DNA from: Polyangiaceae bacterium
GTDB taxonomy: Bacteria > Myxococcota_A > Polyangia > Polyangiales > Polyangiaceae
Assembly (NCBI GenBank): GCA_035063585.1
Contig: JAPSGB010000002.1
Coordinates: forward strand, 113,458 to 177,457
DNA: 64,000 nucleotides
Reading direction: 5' to 3'
Below the pieces are notes generated by a model. The model was not told the origin of the DNA. It did not search any database and was given only the letters and a program-made list of their open reading frames with translations. The translations under genes were made by a program, and so were the position numbers. Every line of letters begins with the position of its first letter. The stretch's first letter is position 1. Positions 52,994 to 62,564 of the stretch are shown piece by piece.

Positions 52994-53989
52994 ATGGCCG
53001 AGCCGGAGAGCGTCACACCACTCGAGCTCCGAGCCGCGGGCGCGACCCACCGCGGCAAGGTGCGCGAGCACAACGAGGATCACGTCCTCTGCCGCGACGA
53101 CCTGAGCCTCTTCCTCGTGGCGGATGGCGCGGGCGGGCACAACGCCGGCGAGGTCGCCAGCGCGCTCGCGGCCCGCTCGATGGCCAACTACTTCGGCGCG
53201 ACCATCCGCGAGTGGCACGGTAAGCCGGAGGTGGACCGCTTCGGCGTCGCGACCGGTGTGCGGCGGCTCTCGGCGGCGGTGCAGAAGGCGAACCACGACA
53301 TCGTGGAGGTGTCGCAGAGCTCCGATCAGCACCGCGGCATGGGCACGACCGTGGTGGCGCTGAGCTTCTCCGCGCGCTCCGGGCTGATGCACGTCGCGAA
53401 CGTCGGGGACAGCCGCTGCTATCGGCTGCGCGCCGGCATCCTCGAGGCGCTCACCCAGGATCACTCGCTCATCAACGACGTGCTCGAGCAGCGGCCCGAG
53501 CTCGAGGACAAGGTGCTCGACCGACTCCCGAAGAACGTCATCACCCGCGCGCTCGGCATGGAAGAGCGAGTTCGGGTGGCGGTGCGCTCACTCGCGGTGG
53601 TCGCGGGCGACCGCTATTTGCTGTGCACCGATGGTCTGCATGGAATGGTGAACGCGACCACCATCGCGGAGCTCCTGAGCAGAGCGGCGAGCCCGGATGC
53701 GGTGGTCGAGAGCCTGGTGACGGCGGCGCTCGACGCGGGCGGAATCGACAACATCGGCGTCGTGGTGGTCGATTGCGCGGGCGGTCCGGACGCGCGGATC
53801 CCGGTGTCGGCGCGCCTGCACAGCGCCCCGGCTCGCCCACCGGAGTCGTCGCAACCCGAAATCCTGATCCTCGGCATCGAGGAGCTCGACCTCACCGGCG
53901 CGGTGGGCTTCACAGTGGTTCCGCGCGGCACCGCGGACACGGGGCTCGCCGACGCGCTCGGCAAGCTGATCGGTCCGAAGAAGCCATGA
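52994..53989 (+). CDS. PP2C-family Ser/Thr phosphatase
   Basis: RGKVREHNED, VADGAGG, GMGTT, NVGDSR, LCTDGL, GGIDNI. Confidence 0.94.
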   Translation: MAEPESVTPLELRAAGATHRGKVREHNEDHVLCRDDLSLFLVADGAGGHNAGEVASALAARSMANYFGATIREWHGKPEVDRFGVATGVRRLSAAVQKANHDIVEVSQSSDQHRGMGTTVVALSFSARSGLMHVANVGDSRCYRLRAGILEALTQDHSLINDVLEQRPELEDKVLDRLPKNVITRALGMEERVRVAVRSLAVVAGDRYLLCTDGLHGMVNATTIAELLSRAASPDAVVESLVTAALDAGGIDNIGVVVVDCAGGPDARIPVSARLHSAPARPPESSQPEILILGIEELDLTGAVGFTVVPRGTADTGLADALGKLIGPKKP

Positions 53990-55053
53990 GCCTCCTGCCC
54001 CAGGTTCCGCGGCTCGTCGCGCCCGAGCTCGAGGCGCCCGGGGGCGCGCTCGGCCCGGAGCCGGAGGATTTCATGGTGGATGAGCTTCCGCTCCATCCGC
54101 CGTCGGGTCAGGGAGAGCACCTCTACGTGCGCCTCCGGAAGCGGCTCTGGACGACTCCCGACATGGTCCACGCGGTGGCGCGCGCGGCCGGGGTGCGCGA
54201 GCGCGAGATCGGGACCGCGGGGATGAAGGACAAGCACGGCGTCACCTCGCAGTGGATCAGCCTGCCGGCGAGCGCAGCGCCGGTGGAGACGTGGGCGCTG
54301 CCCGACGGCCTCGAGGTGCTGGAGGCCGCGCGGAGCGAGCGCAAGCTTCGCACGGGCCAGCAGCTCGGCAACCACTTCCGCGCCCGCCTGGTCGGCGTCA
54401 CGACGGACGCCTCGGCGCGCGCCGCGGGCATCTTGGAGCTCGTCGAGTCGGCTGGGCTGCCGAACTACTTCGGCGCGCAGCGCTTCGGGCACGGTGGCCA
54501 GAACCTCGCGCGCGCGCTCGACTGGCTCGGCCGCGGCGCCCCCTCCGGAGGCAAGCAAGCTCGCTTCTTGAGGAAGCTCTACCCGAGCGTCATCCAGTCG
54601 GAGATCTTCAACCGCACGCTCACCCTCCGGCTCGAAGCCGGGCTCCTCCGCGTCCTCGAGGGTGACGTGGTCCGCCTCGACGGCACCGGCTCGGTGTTCG
54701 TCGTCGACGACCCCGCGCGCGAGCAGCCGCGCGCGGACGCGGGCGACATCCTGCTCACCGGCCCGCTGCCCGGCTCGCGGATGAAGGCGCCGCGCGGCGA
54801 GCCCGCGGAGCTCGAGCGCGCCGCGGTCGCGGCGCTCGGGCTCGACGACGAGGCGCTCGCCCAGCTCGGCGCGCTCGCCGACGGAACTCGCCGCGACCTC
54901 TTGGTGCGCCCTCGGGAGCTCTCGGTCGACGCGCTCGGCGAGGAGGCGCTCGGGGTCGACTTCTCGTTGCCGTCGGGGAGCTACGCCACGCAGCTCCTCC
55001 GTGAGCTGACCCGCGCGCCCTGGCTCGAGCCCCGTCGCGCGTCGGGTGACTGA
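53986..55053 (+). CDS. truD: tRNA pseudouridine(13) synthase
   Basis: PEDFMVDE, GEHLY, AGMKDKHGVTSQW, GNHF, PNYFGAQRFG, FSLPSGSYAT; ATGA overlap with the PP2C gene. Confidence 0.95.
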   Translation: MSLLPQVPRLVAPELEAPGGALGPEPEDFMVDELPLHPPSGQGEHLYVRLRKRLWTTPDMVHAVARAAGVREREIGTAGMKDKHGVTSQWISLPASAAPVETWALPDGLEVLEAARSERKLRTGQQLGNHFRARLVGVTTDASARAAGILELVESAGLPNYFGAQRFGHGGQNLARALDWLGRGAPSGGKQARFLRKLYPSVIQSEIFNRTLTLRLEAGLLRVLEGDVVRLDGTGSVFVVDDPAREQPRADAGDILLTGPLPGSRMKAPRGEPAELERAAVAALGLDDEALAQLGALADGTRRDLLVRPRELSVDALGEEALGVDFSLPSGSYATQLLRELTRAPWLEPRRASGD

Positions 55054-55236
55054 GCCCCGGCTCGAAGACGCGCCCGCGGCGCGAGCCTCGGCGAGGCGCG
55101 CCGGCGCCGCGTTTCCCTTGCAGCGGCGGCCCGCGCGCGTCAGGGTCGGGCGACGAGCCTCCCGGCTCCGTCGGCCGCCACGCGACGCGCTCCCTGGAGC
55201 GCGCTCCCCACCACGAGAAGACACCTCAGAGTCGAA

Positions 55237-56478
55237 ATGTCCCGACGCCCGACCTCGCTCGGTGTGGTGCTCGCCGGTGGCGAAGGCCGGCGGCTCGCGC
55301 CGCTCACCCGTGAGCGTGCCAAGCCGGCCGTCCCATTCGGCGGGATCTACCGGCTGATCGATTTCGCGCTGTCCAACCTCGTGAACGGGGGCGAGCGGCG
55401 CATCGCCGTCCTGACCCAGTACAAGAGTCACAGCCTGGATCGGCACCTGGCGCAGACCTGGCGACTCTCACCGCTGGTCGGCAACTACGTGATGAGCGTC
55501 CCGGCGCAGATGCGCGCCGGGCGTCGGTGGTTCGAGGGCTCTGCGGACGCGATTTATCAGAACCTGAACCTCATCAACGACGAGCGCCCGGACTACATCA
55601 GCGTGTTCAGCGCCGATCACATCTTTCGCATGGATCCGCAGCAGATGCTCGACGCGCACATCGAGTCGGGCGCGGGCGCGACGGTGGCGACCATCCGAGT
55701 CCCGCGCGGCGAGGCCAGCCGCTTCGGCGTCGTCGAGCCGGGGGCGAGCAACCGCATCGCGAGGTTTCGCGAGAAGCCGCAGGAGGCCGCCGGGCTCCCG
55801 AGCGATCCGGAGCACGTCTTCGCGTCGATGGGAAACTACGTCTTCTCGACCCGCACGCTGGTCGAATCGCTCCGCGCCGACGCCGCCGACGACGAGAGCA
55901 AGCACGACATGGGCGGCAACATCATCACGTCCCTGGTGGAGTCCGGGGACGCCGCTTACTACGACTTTTCGACCAACGAGGTGCCCGGGGCGACCGGCCG
56001 CGATCGCGGCTACTGGCGCGACGTCGGCACGCTCGACAGCTACTACGAAGCGAACATGGATCTCGTGAGCGTGCACCCCGTGTTCAACCTCTACAACACC
56101 CAGTGGCCCATCCACACCTGGCCGGGCTCGCTGCCGCCTGCGAAATTCGTGTTCGACGAGGACACCGGGCGTCGCGGCGCGGCGGTCGATTCGCTGGTGA
56201 GCGCGGGATGCATCGTGGCAGGTGGTCACGTCAAGCGCTCGGTGCTGTCTCCGGGCGTGAGGATCGGCGCAGCCGCCCTGGTCGAGGACTCCGTGCTCAT
56301 GCACGAGGTCCAGATCGGCGACGGCGCCGTGGTGCGCCGCGCCATCATCGACAAGAACGTGGTGGTCCCCCCGGGCACGCGCATCGGCGTGGACGCCGCG
56401 CGTGACCGCGAACGCGGGTTCACCATCTCCGCGGGAGGAGTGGTCGTGATCGGCAAGGACGACACGGTCACCCCATGA
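55237..56478 (+). CDS. glgC: Glucose-1-phosphate adenylyltransferase
   Basis: [47 protein letters not shown]-terminal beta-helix. Confidence 0.96.
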   Translation: MSRRPTSLGVVLAGGEGRRLAPLTRERAKPAVPFGGIYRLIDFALSNLVNGGERRIAVLTQYKSHSLDRHLAQTWRLSPLVGNYVMSVPAQMRAGRRWFEGSADAIYQNLNLINDERPDYISVFSADHIFRMDPQQMLDAHIESGAGATVATIRVPRGEASRFGVVEPGASNRIARFREKPQEAAGLPSDPEHVFASMGNYVFSTRTLVESLRADAADDESKHDMGGNIITSLVESGDAAYYDFSTNEVPGATGRDRGYWRDVGTLDSYYEANMDLVSVHPVFNLYNTQWPIHTWPGSLPPAKFVFDEDTGRRGAAVDSLVSAGCIVAGGHVKRSVLSPGVRIGAAALVEDSVLMHEVQIGDGAVVRRAIIDKNVVVPPGTRIGVDAARDRERGFTISAGGVVVIGKDDTVTP

Positions 56479-57677
56479 CCCGGCCGAGCGTCGCCATCCT
56501 GAGTCGCGAGTATCCCCCGGAGGTCTACGGCGGCGCTGGCGTCCATGTGGAATATCTCACGCGTGAGCTCGGCGCGCTCACCGAGGTGCGCGTCCACTGC
56601 TTCGGCGCGCCGCGTTCCCTGCCGGAGGTCGCTCGCGCCTATCGCCCCGCGGACGGGCTCGAGGGGAGCCTGCCTCACCTCGCCGCGCTACAGACGCTCT
56701 CGGTCGATCTCCGGATGGCGGCTGGGGTCGAGGGAGCGGCGCTCGTGCACTCGCACACGTGGTACGCGAACTTCGCCGGGCACCTCGCGAAGCTGATGTA
56801 CGGCGTCCCGCACGTGATGACCTCGCACAGCCTCGAGCCGCTCCGCCCCTGGAAGGCTGAGCAGCTCGGCGGCGGCTACGCGGTGTCACGCTTCATCGAG
56901 AAGACCGCGATCGAGAGCGCCGACGCCGTGATCGCGGTCTCCAGCGGCATGAAGCGCGACATCCTCACGGTCTACCCCGGCGTGGAGCCGGCGCGCGTCC
57001 ACGTCATCCACAACGGGATCGATCTCGCCGAGTACCGTCGCGACCCGGGGCGCGAGGCGCTCACCCGGCGCGGGATCGACCCGTCGCTCCCTTATGTGGT
57101 GTTCGTCGGGCGCATCACCCGCCAGAAGGGGGTCGTGCACCTGCTCGAGGCGGCGCGACACTTCACGCCGGGCGTCCCGCTGGTGTTGTGCGCGGGCGCG
57201 CCGGACACCCCGGAGATCGCTCGAGAGGTGCGGGCGCGGGTGGACGAGCTCCGGCGGGAGCGGAGCGTGGTGTGGCTGGAGGAGATGCTGCCTCGCCGGG
57301 AGGTGGTGCAAATCCTCTCCCACGCGCGCGTGTTCGTGTGTCCATCGGTCTACGAGCCGTTCGGGATCGTAAACCTCGAAGCCATGGCGTGCGGGCTGCC
57401 GGTCGTCGCGTCGGCGGTCGGCGGGATCCCGGAGATCGTGGTCGAAGGCGAGACGGGGTACCTGGTGCCGCTCGCGAGCGGGCGCGCGGACGGCGAGCCG
57501 GACGAACCGGGCGCCTTCGCTCGAGCGCTGTCCGAACGCGTCAACCGCGTGGTCGAAGCTCCGGAGCTCGCGCGGCGGCTCGGCGAGGCGGGCCGCCGCC
57601 GGGTCGAGGCTCACTTCGCCTGGTCGGCCATCGCCGCCAAGACGCTCGAGCTCTACGAAGCGCTCATCCCGGGCTGA
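56475..57677 (+). CDS. glgM: GT4 GlgA/GlgM-type glucosyltransferase (alpha-maltose-1-phosphate synthase-like)
   Basis: [59 protein letters not shown]. Confidence 0.85.
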   Translation: MTRPSVAILSREYPPEVYGGAGVHVEYLTRELGALTEVRVHCFGAPRSLPEVARAYRPADGLEGSLPHLAALQTLSVDLRMAAGVEGAALVHSHTWYANFAGHLAKLMYGVPHVMTSHSLEPLRPWKAEQLGGGYAVSRFIEKTAIESADAVIAVSSGMKRDILTVYPGVEPARVHVIHNGIDLAEYRRDPGREALTRRGIDPSLPYVVFVGRITRQKGVVHLLEAARHFTPGVPLVLCAGAPDTPEIAREVRARVDELRRERSVVWLEEMLPRREVVQILSHARVFVCPSVYEPFGIVNLEAMACGLPVVASAVGGIPEIVVEGETGYLVPLASGRADGEPDEPGAFARALSERVNRVVEAPELARRLGEAGRRRVEAHFAWSAIAAKTLELYEALIPG

Positions 57678-57686
57678 GCGCGAGCT

Positions 57687-59297
57687 TCAGCGATGCACGA
57701 CGAAGGTCGTGGCGGGGCTCAGCTTCGGCTCCCAGCGCATGCCGTGCCAACCCTCGGGCAGGTCCGGTTCGGTGAACTCGAACAGCCATTTTCCGTCGAT
57801 CGGGGAGACGTTCACGCAACCACCGCTCATCGGCTCGCCCCATCGATCATGCCAATACGCGCCGTGGAGCGCGTGCGGGCCGCTGAAGTTCTGCGTCCAG
57901 GGGACGTCCGAGTGGATGAACTCGTAGGGTGCCACCATGCTCGCGGTGATGAATTTTCCGGTGATCTTGAAGGTTCCAGTCGGCGTCGCCGCGGTGTCGA
58001 TGGCCGGGATCCCGGGCCGCGGGATGCCGCCTCGGCCGGGCGCGATCAGCGTGACGTAGACCGGCTTCGTCCCTTCGTAGGCGATGAGCCAACCGCCGTA
58101 GACGCTCGTCTCGAGCCAAGTCTGGCGACCCGTGGGAGCGATGGCCGTCTCATCCACGCCGCCGACCGGCGCGCCCCACGGAGTGCGCTCCGCGGGAGTC
58201 GGCACCACGGCGTCGTCCTGGTCGAGATACCGCCCATCGTCCTTCGTCTCGAGGTAGGTCTTGCCGTCGCGAGTGAGCGTGCGGCTCGTGAGCTCCACGT
58301 ACGACAGGCGCGCCCACGTCTCGCCGGTGGCCACCACGGACTCCCCGTCGAGCTGGTACTTCGGGCGAGCCTTCACGCGGAAGAACGCGAGCGGGAGGCT
58401 GGCGTCCTTACCCAGGCGAACCCCGTGGAACGTCACCTTCTCGTACGGGGCGACCCGGTCCTTCGGCATCCACATCAAGTCCGCGCCGAGGAGCCAGTCG
58501 CGACCATCCTGGTTCCGCTCGGCAATCCACGCGACCGTCGACAGCGGCCGAAGCCGCGTCCGGTTCTCATAGAAGGTGGGCGGCAGCTTGGGGAGCGCGA
58601 TGGGAGCGCGGCTCGGCACCGGCTCCAAGGAGATCCCCGCGAGCGATGGGTCGAGCGTGCCCGCTCGCGCCGCCTCGAGCTTCTTCAGGTGGTCCTCGAG
58701 ATCCCACTCGCGCTTGCGCTGGAGCTCCGCCGGCGGAAGCTCGCGGTAGCGCTCGACGCCGCGCGACTCCCCGTACTCGTGCGGCCACGGCGAGTCGATC
58801 CGCGCCATGAACGGACGAACCGCCGCGAACACCGGGTCGTTCGGATCGAGCGTCGCGCGTTCCCCATCGACGCAGACGAACCCGCGCGGCTCGACCTCGT
58901 ACCACGCGGCGCAGCCGGGGCCGAGGATCGGCTCTGCCCGCTTCAGCTTCACCGATTCTCCGAACCACATGAAGCCGGTCCACGAATTCTGCGACGCCCC
59001 GGGCTGGGGCATGATCCAGACGAAGCGCGACTTGGCATAGACGCGCGGGCCATCGTCCTTCGGCCCCTCGGGCGCGACCGGTGGCGCGTCCGACGCTGCG
59101 CCCGCCTCCGGCGAGGGCGCTGCCGAGGGGGGCTCGACCGGCGCGGCGCTCGGGTGCGGCCGCGCCGCCGCTTCGTCGGGCCGCGCCGAGCCGTCCTCGG
59201 GCTCCCGCGCCGAACAGGCAACCCCGGCTCCGAGGCTGCCGAGGCCAAGCGTCAGGAACGCGAGGCGCGCGAGCGAGGATCGCACGGGAGAGCGCAC
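57687..59297 (-). CDS. L,D-transpeptidase family lipoprotein
   Basis: Lipobox GVAC; TPTGTFKI, VPWTQNF, ALHGAYWH...SGGCVN. Confidence 0.9.
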   Translation of the reverse strand: MRSPVRSSLARLAFLTLGLGSLGAGVACSAREPEDGSARPDEAAARPHPSAAPVEPPSAAPSPEAGAASDAPPVAPEGPKDDGPRVYAKSRFVWIMPQPGASQNSWTGFMWFGESVKLKRAEPILGPGCAAWYEVEPRGFVCVDGERATLDPNDPVFAAVRPFMARIDSPWPHEYGESRGVERYRELPPAELQRKREWDLEDHLKKLEAARAGTLDPSLAGISLEPVPSRAPIALPKLPPTFYENRTRLRPLSTVAWIAERNQDGRDWLLGADLMWMPKDRVAPYEKVTFHGVRLGKDASLPLAFFRVKARPKYQLDGESVVATGETWARLSYVELTSRTLTRDGKTYLETKDDGRYLDQDDAVVPTPAERTPWGAPVGGVDETAIAPTGRQTWLETSVYGGWLIAYEGTKPVYVTLIAPGRGGIPRPGIPAIDTAATPTGTFKITGKFITASMVAPYEFIHSDVPWTQNFSGPHALHGAYWHDRWGEPMSGGCVNVSPIDGKWLFEFTEPDLPEGWHGMRWEPKLSPATTFVVHR

Positions 59298-59388
59298 CTC
59301 GCGACCCTAGATCAATGCGCCGCCAACGGCCAGAAAGGGGGCTCGACGCCGCGGACCAAAGCGCGCACGACCTGCTAGACAGATGCCG

Positions 59389-60486
59389 ATGCGAGGCCAC
59401 ATGGCGCCGGTACTCCTCGCGCTCGCCGCATGGCTCCTCGCGGCGCCGGCGCTCGGTCACGACCTGCCCCGAAGCTACTGCACCGTGCGCACCGTGCCGG
59501 GCGGCATCGACGTCTCGCTGGAGACCGCAGGCCATCTGCTGGCCCAGCCGCTCGGGCTCCCGAGCGCGAGCCCCGACGAGGCGCTGCTCCGCGCGTCCGG
59601 CGCGCGGTTCGCGGCGCGGGCGCTCGACGCCGTCTCGGCGCGCACGCCGGAGGGCGCCTGCAGCCCGAGCGCCGAGGCTCCGCTCGTGGTCGAAGAGGAT
59701 GGTGAGCCGAGCTCGGTCGTCATGCTCCACTTTGCGTGCCCTGCCGGGCCGGTCACCCTCCGCGTCGCCTGGCGACTCGACGTCGATCCGTCGAGCGAGA
59801 CGCTCTGCGCCATCGACGGGGCGGCCGCGGTGTTTCGACTCGGCGCCATCGACCGCGAGGTGGGCACACCGCCGACCCTGGCGCGAACCCTCGCCGATTT
59901 CACGCTGCTCGGCGTCCATCACGTCGCGAGCGGGCTCGATCACGTGCTCTTCGTGGTCTCCCTGATGGCGGCTGCTGCCCTGGCGACCCGCGCCCGCGCC
60001 TTCGGCAGCGCGCTCCGCGCCATCGCGGCGGTGGTCACCGGCTTCACGCTCGGGCACTCGGTGACGCTCATCGGCGCGGGGCTCGGGCTGCTCCGCCTCG
60101 AGCCGCGGCTCACCGAGAGCGTGATCGCGCTCAGTATCGTCTACGTCGGAGTCGAGAACATCATCCGCCGCGAGCTCCGCGGCCGAGCGATCACCGCCGC
60201 GCTCTTCGGGCTCGTGCACGGGTTTGGTTTCGCGTCGATCCTCGCCGACGTCGAGCTCCCGCGCCGCGGTGCGGTCGCCGCGCTCGTGTCGTTCAACGTC
60301 GGGGTCGAGCTCGGGCAGCTCGCGCTGGTGGTGACGCTCTTCCCGCTCCTCGCGTGGGCCGCGCGGCGCCCATGGTACCGCCCGCGCGTGCTGGTCCCGC
60401 TGTCGGCGCTGGTGACCGTGATCGCTGCCATCTGGTTCGTGGAGCGCGCGGCGGGGGTCGTGCTGCTCCCCGCGCTCGGGACCTGA
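59389..60486 (+). CDS. HupE/UreJ family membrane protein
   Basis: ALGHD N-terminus, GVHHVASGLDHVLF, FTLGHSVTL, ESVIALSI, FGLVHGFGFA, FNVGVELGQ. Start could be 59383 or 59401. Confidence 0.9.
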   Translation: MRGHMAPVLLALAAWLLAAPALGHDLPRSYCTVRTVPGGIDVSLETAGHLLAQPLGLPSASPDEALLRASGARFAARALDAVSARTPEGACSPSAEAPLVVEEDGEPSSVVMLHFACPAGPVTLRVAWRLDVDPSSETLCAIDGAAAVFRLGAIDREVGTPPTLARTLADFTLLGVHHVASGLDHVLFVVSLMAAAALATRARAFGSALRAIAAVVTGFTLGHSVTLIGAGLGLLRLEPRLTESVIALSIVYVGVENIIRRELRGRAITAALFGLVHGFGFASILADVELPRRGAVAALVSFNVGVELGQLALVVTLFPLLAWAARRPWYRPRVLVPLSALVTVIAAIWFVERAAGVVLLPALGT

Positions 60487-60577
60487 CGGTCGCGGAGCCT
60501 CGCGCGCGGCGGGAACGGCGTGGAGCGGCGCGTCGGGCCGCTCGGACGTCCCGGCGCGGAGTATGCTCGCGCTCGCG

Positions 60578-61255
60578 ATGACGGCGCCGAAGAGCGAGGC
60601 CGAGCTCATGGCTCGCGCGCGCGAGCTCGCCGGCAGGAGCCTCGGCGAGCTCGCGGGCCGGCTCGGGCTCGCCGCCCCGCCCGATCTCCGGCGCGCCAAG
60701 GGCTTCGCCGGCCAGCTCGTCGAGCGCTTGCTCGGAGCGAGCGCCGGCTCGCGCGCGACGCCTGATTTCGAGGCGCTCGGCGTCGAGCTCAAGACCCTCC
60801 CGGTCGACGCGCGCGGCCGACCGCTCGAGTCCACCTTCGTCACGACCATCGAGCTCAGAGAGATCGGCGAGCAGGAGTGGGAGCGCTCACGGGTGCGCGC
60901 GAAGCTGGCGCGCGTGCTGTGGGTGCCGCTCGAAGGCGAACGACGCATCCCGGTCGGCGACCGCCGGCTCGGAGAGCCCGTCATCTGGAGCCCCAGCGCC
61001 GAGGAGGAGGCCGACTTGCGCTTCGACTGGGAAGAGCTCGCTGGACTCATCGGCACCGGCGACGTCGATCGCATCACGGGTCACCTCGGGCGGTTTCTCC
61101 AGGTGCGGCCCAAGGCCGCGCACTCGCGGGTGCGCCGGCGCGGCATCGACGAGGACGGCGCGCTCATCGACGCGATGCCGAAGGGCTTCTACCTGAGGAC
61201 CGCATTCACCGCGCGTATCCTTCGCCGCCACTTCGCGCTGCCGGCGACGAGCTGA
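60578..61255 (+). CDS. mutH: DNA mismatch repair endonuclease MutH
   Basis: KGFAGQLVERLLGASAGS, PDFEALGVELKTLPVD, PLESTFV, DWEEL, LQVRPKAA, GFYLR. Confidence 0.92.
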   Translation: MTAPKSEAELMARARELAGRSLGELAGRLGLAAPPDLRRAKGFAGQLVERLLGASAGSRATPDFEALGVELKTLPVDARGRPLESTFVTTIELREIGEQEWERSRVRAKLARVLWVPLEGERRIPVGDRRLGEPVIWSPSAEEEADLRFDWEELAGLIGTGDVDRITGHLGRFLQVRPKAAHSRVRRRGIDEDGALIDAMPKGFYLRTAFTARILRRHFALPATS

Positions 61256-61277
61256 GCTCGAGCGCCGCGCCGACTGG

Positions 61278-62432
61278 TCACCGCTTGGCGGCGGAGACCG
61301 GCGGGCGCCGACGCTTGGAGCGCGCGGACTTCACGCGACGTTTCCGCTTCGCTGGTGCCCTACGCTCGGCGCGAGCGGACTGCTTCGACTCGACGCGCGG
61401 CGCGGGGCTCGGCTCCTCGATGAGCTGGATCCCTGCCTGCTCTTCCTCGAGGAGCGGCCTCGACCGGCGGCCAGCCTCACGAGCTCCCGCGAGGTGGTGG
61501 CCGGCAGCAGGCTGCTGCTCTTCTTTGCTCCCAGGCGACGATTTTCGCTTCGGCGCGCGTGGGAGCATCACGAGCGTGGTGCCGGTGGGAAGAATTCCGA
61601 GGTGGAGGTGATCCTGATGATCCGCGTTGCTGTCCGGCGTCAGGACCTCGCGGAACAGGCCGGTAGCCTTGAGCCGACAGGCGACGCGGTTCAGGCTCGG
61701 CGCGCCGTCGGCGCAACCATCGGAGAGCCCGCGCGCAAAATCCCGCGCGACGACCCGCCACACCCCGTCGACCCGAAGCTCGTGGAGATCGATCGCGAGC
61801 CCGTAGGCGTGCAGGCTCAAGCGTCCGACCCGACTCATCCGGTACGAGTACGCACCCGAGAAGCGCGCCTCCGTCACGCCTTCCTCGCGTAGGATCGGCG
61901 CAATCCGCGAGAGCGCCACGACGAGCCGGCAATCAGCGACCAGCTCGTCGCTCCCGAAGACCCGGTAGGTCACCCCGCCCACGGGGCCGCGCACCGCGAC
62001 CGGCGTCGCGACGCCGGTCTTCTTTTCGAGGGAGGTGTACACGACCCCGAGCCGCCCGAGGAGCTCGAGGCACGCGCTACCGTCTGGGATCGTGGCGCTC
62101 GACCAGGTGCTCGCCGCAGGCGGCGCGGGAGCGGGCGGCCGAGGAGGCGGCGCGGAAGCGGGCGGCCGAGGAGGCGGCGCGGGAGCGGGTGGCGGGTCCG
62201 CGCTCGCGTTCGGCGCCGGGGTGCCGGGCGACGGTGCCGGCGGAGGGCTCGGGAGCGGTGAGCCGGCGAGCGGGAGCGCGACCTCGGGCGGAGCGAGCGG
62301 ACGAGCCTCCTGCGCGCGAAACGCAAACGGCGGTGAGCCATCACCGAGCAGCGCTGGGTAGCGAGCCTCGGGCTCACGCGCGCACCCGGCCGCGAGCACT
62401 GAGAGGACCGTGAACAGCGCGCGCCCGGTCAT
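61278..62432 (-). CDS. Extensin-like C-terminal domain lipoprotein
   Basis: Lipobox LAAGC, Pro-rich linker, GAYSYR, SLHAYGLAIDL, LTPDSNADHQDHLH. Confidence 0.85.
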   Translation of the reverse strand: MTGRALFTVLSVLAAGCAREPEARYPALLGDGSPPFAFRAQEARPLAPPEVALPLAGSPLPSPPPAPSPGTPAPNASADPPPAPAPPPRPPASAPPPRPPAPAPPAASTWSSATIPDGSACLELLGRLGVVYTSLEKKTGVATPVAVRGPVGGVTYRVFGSDELVADCRLVVALSRIAPILREEGVTEARFSGAYSYRMSRVGRLSLHAYGLAIDLHELRVDGVWRVVARDFARGLSDGCADGAPSLNRVACRLKATGLFREVLTPDSNADHQDHLHLGILPTGTTLVMLPRAPKRKSSPGSKEEQQPAAGHHLAGAREAGRRSRPLLEEEQAGIQLIEEPSPAPRVESKQSARAERRAPAKRKRRVKSARSKRRRPPVSAAKR

Positions 62433-62564
62433 GGCCGGCAATTTGACATGCGCGAGCGCATATCGACAACAAATCCGCGCAATTTTCTGGCCTCTGCGCG
62501 CGCTCGAGCTCCCGAGGTCGCGCCGAGCCGGAGGCCTGGGTCGCGTGGTACACTCGAGGGACTC

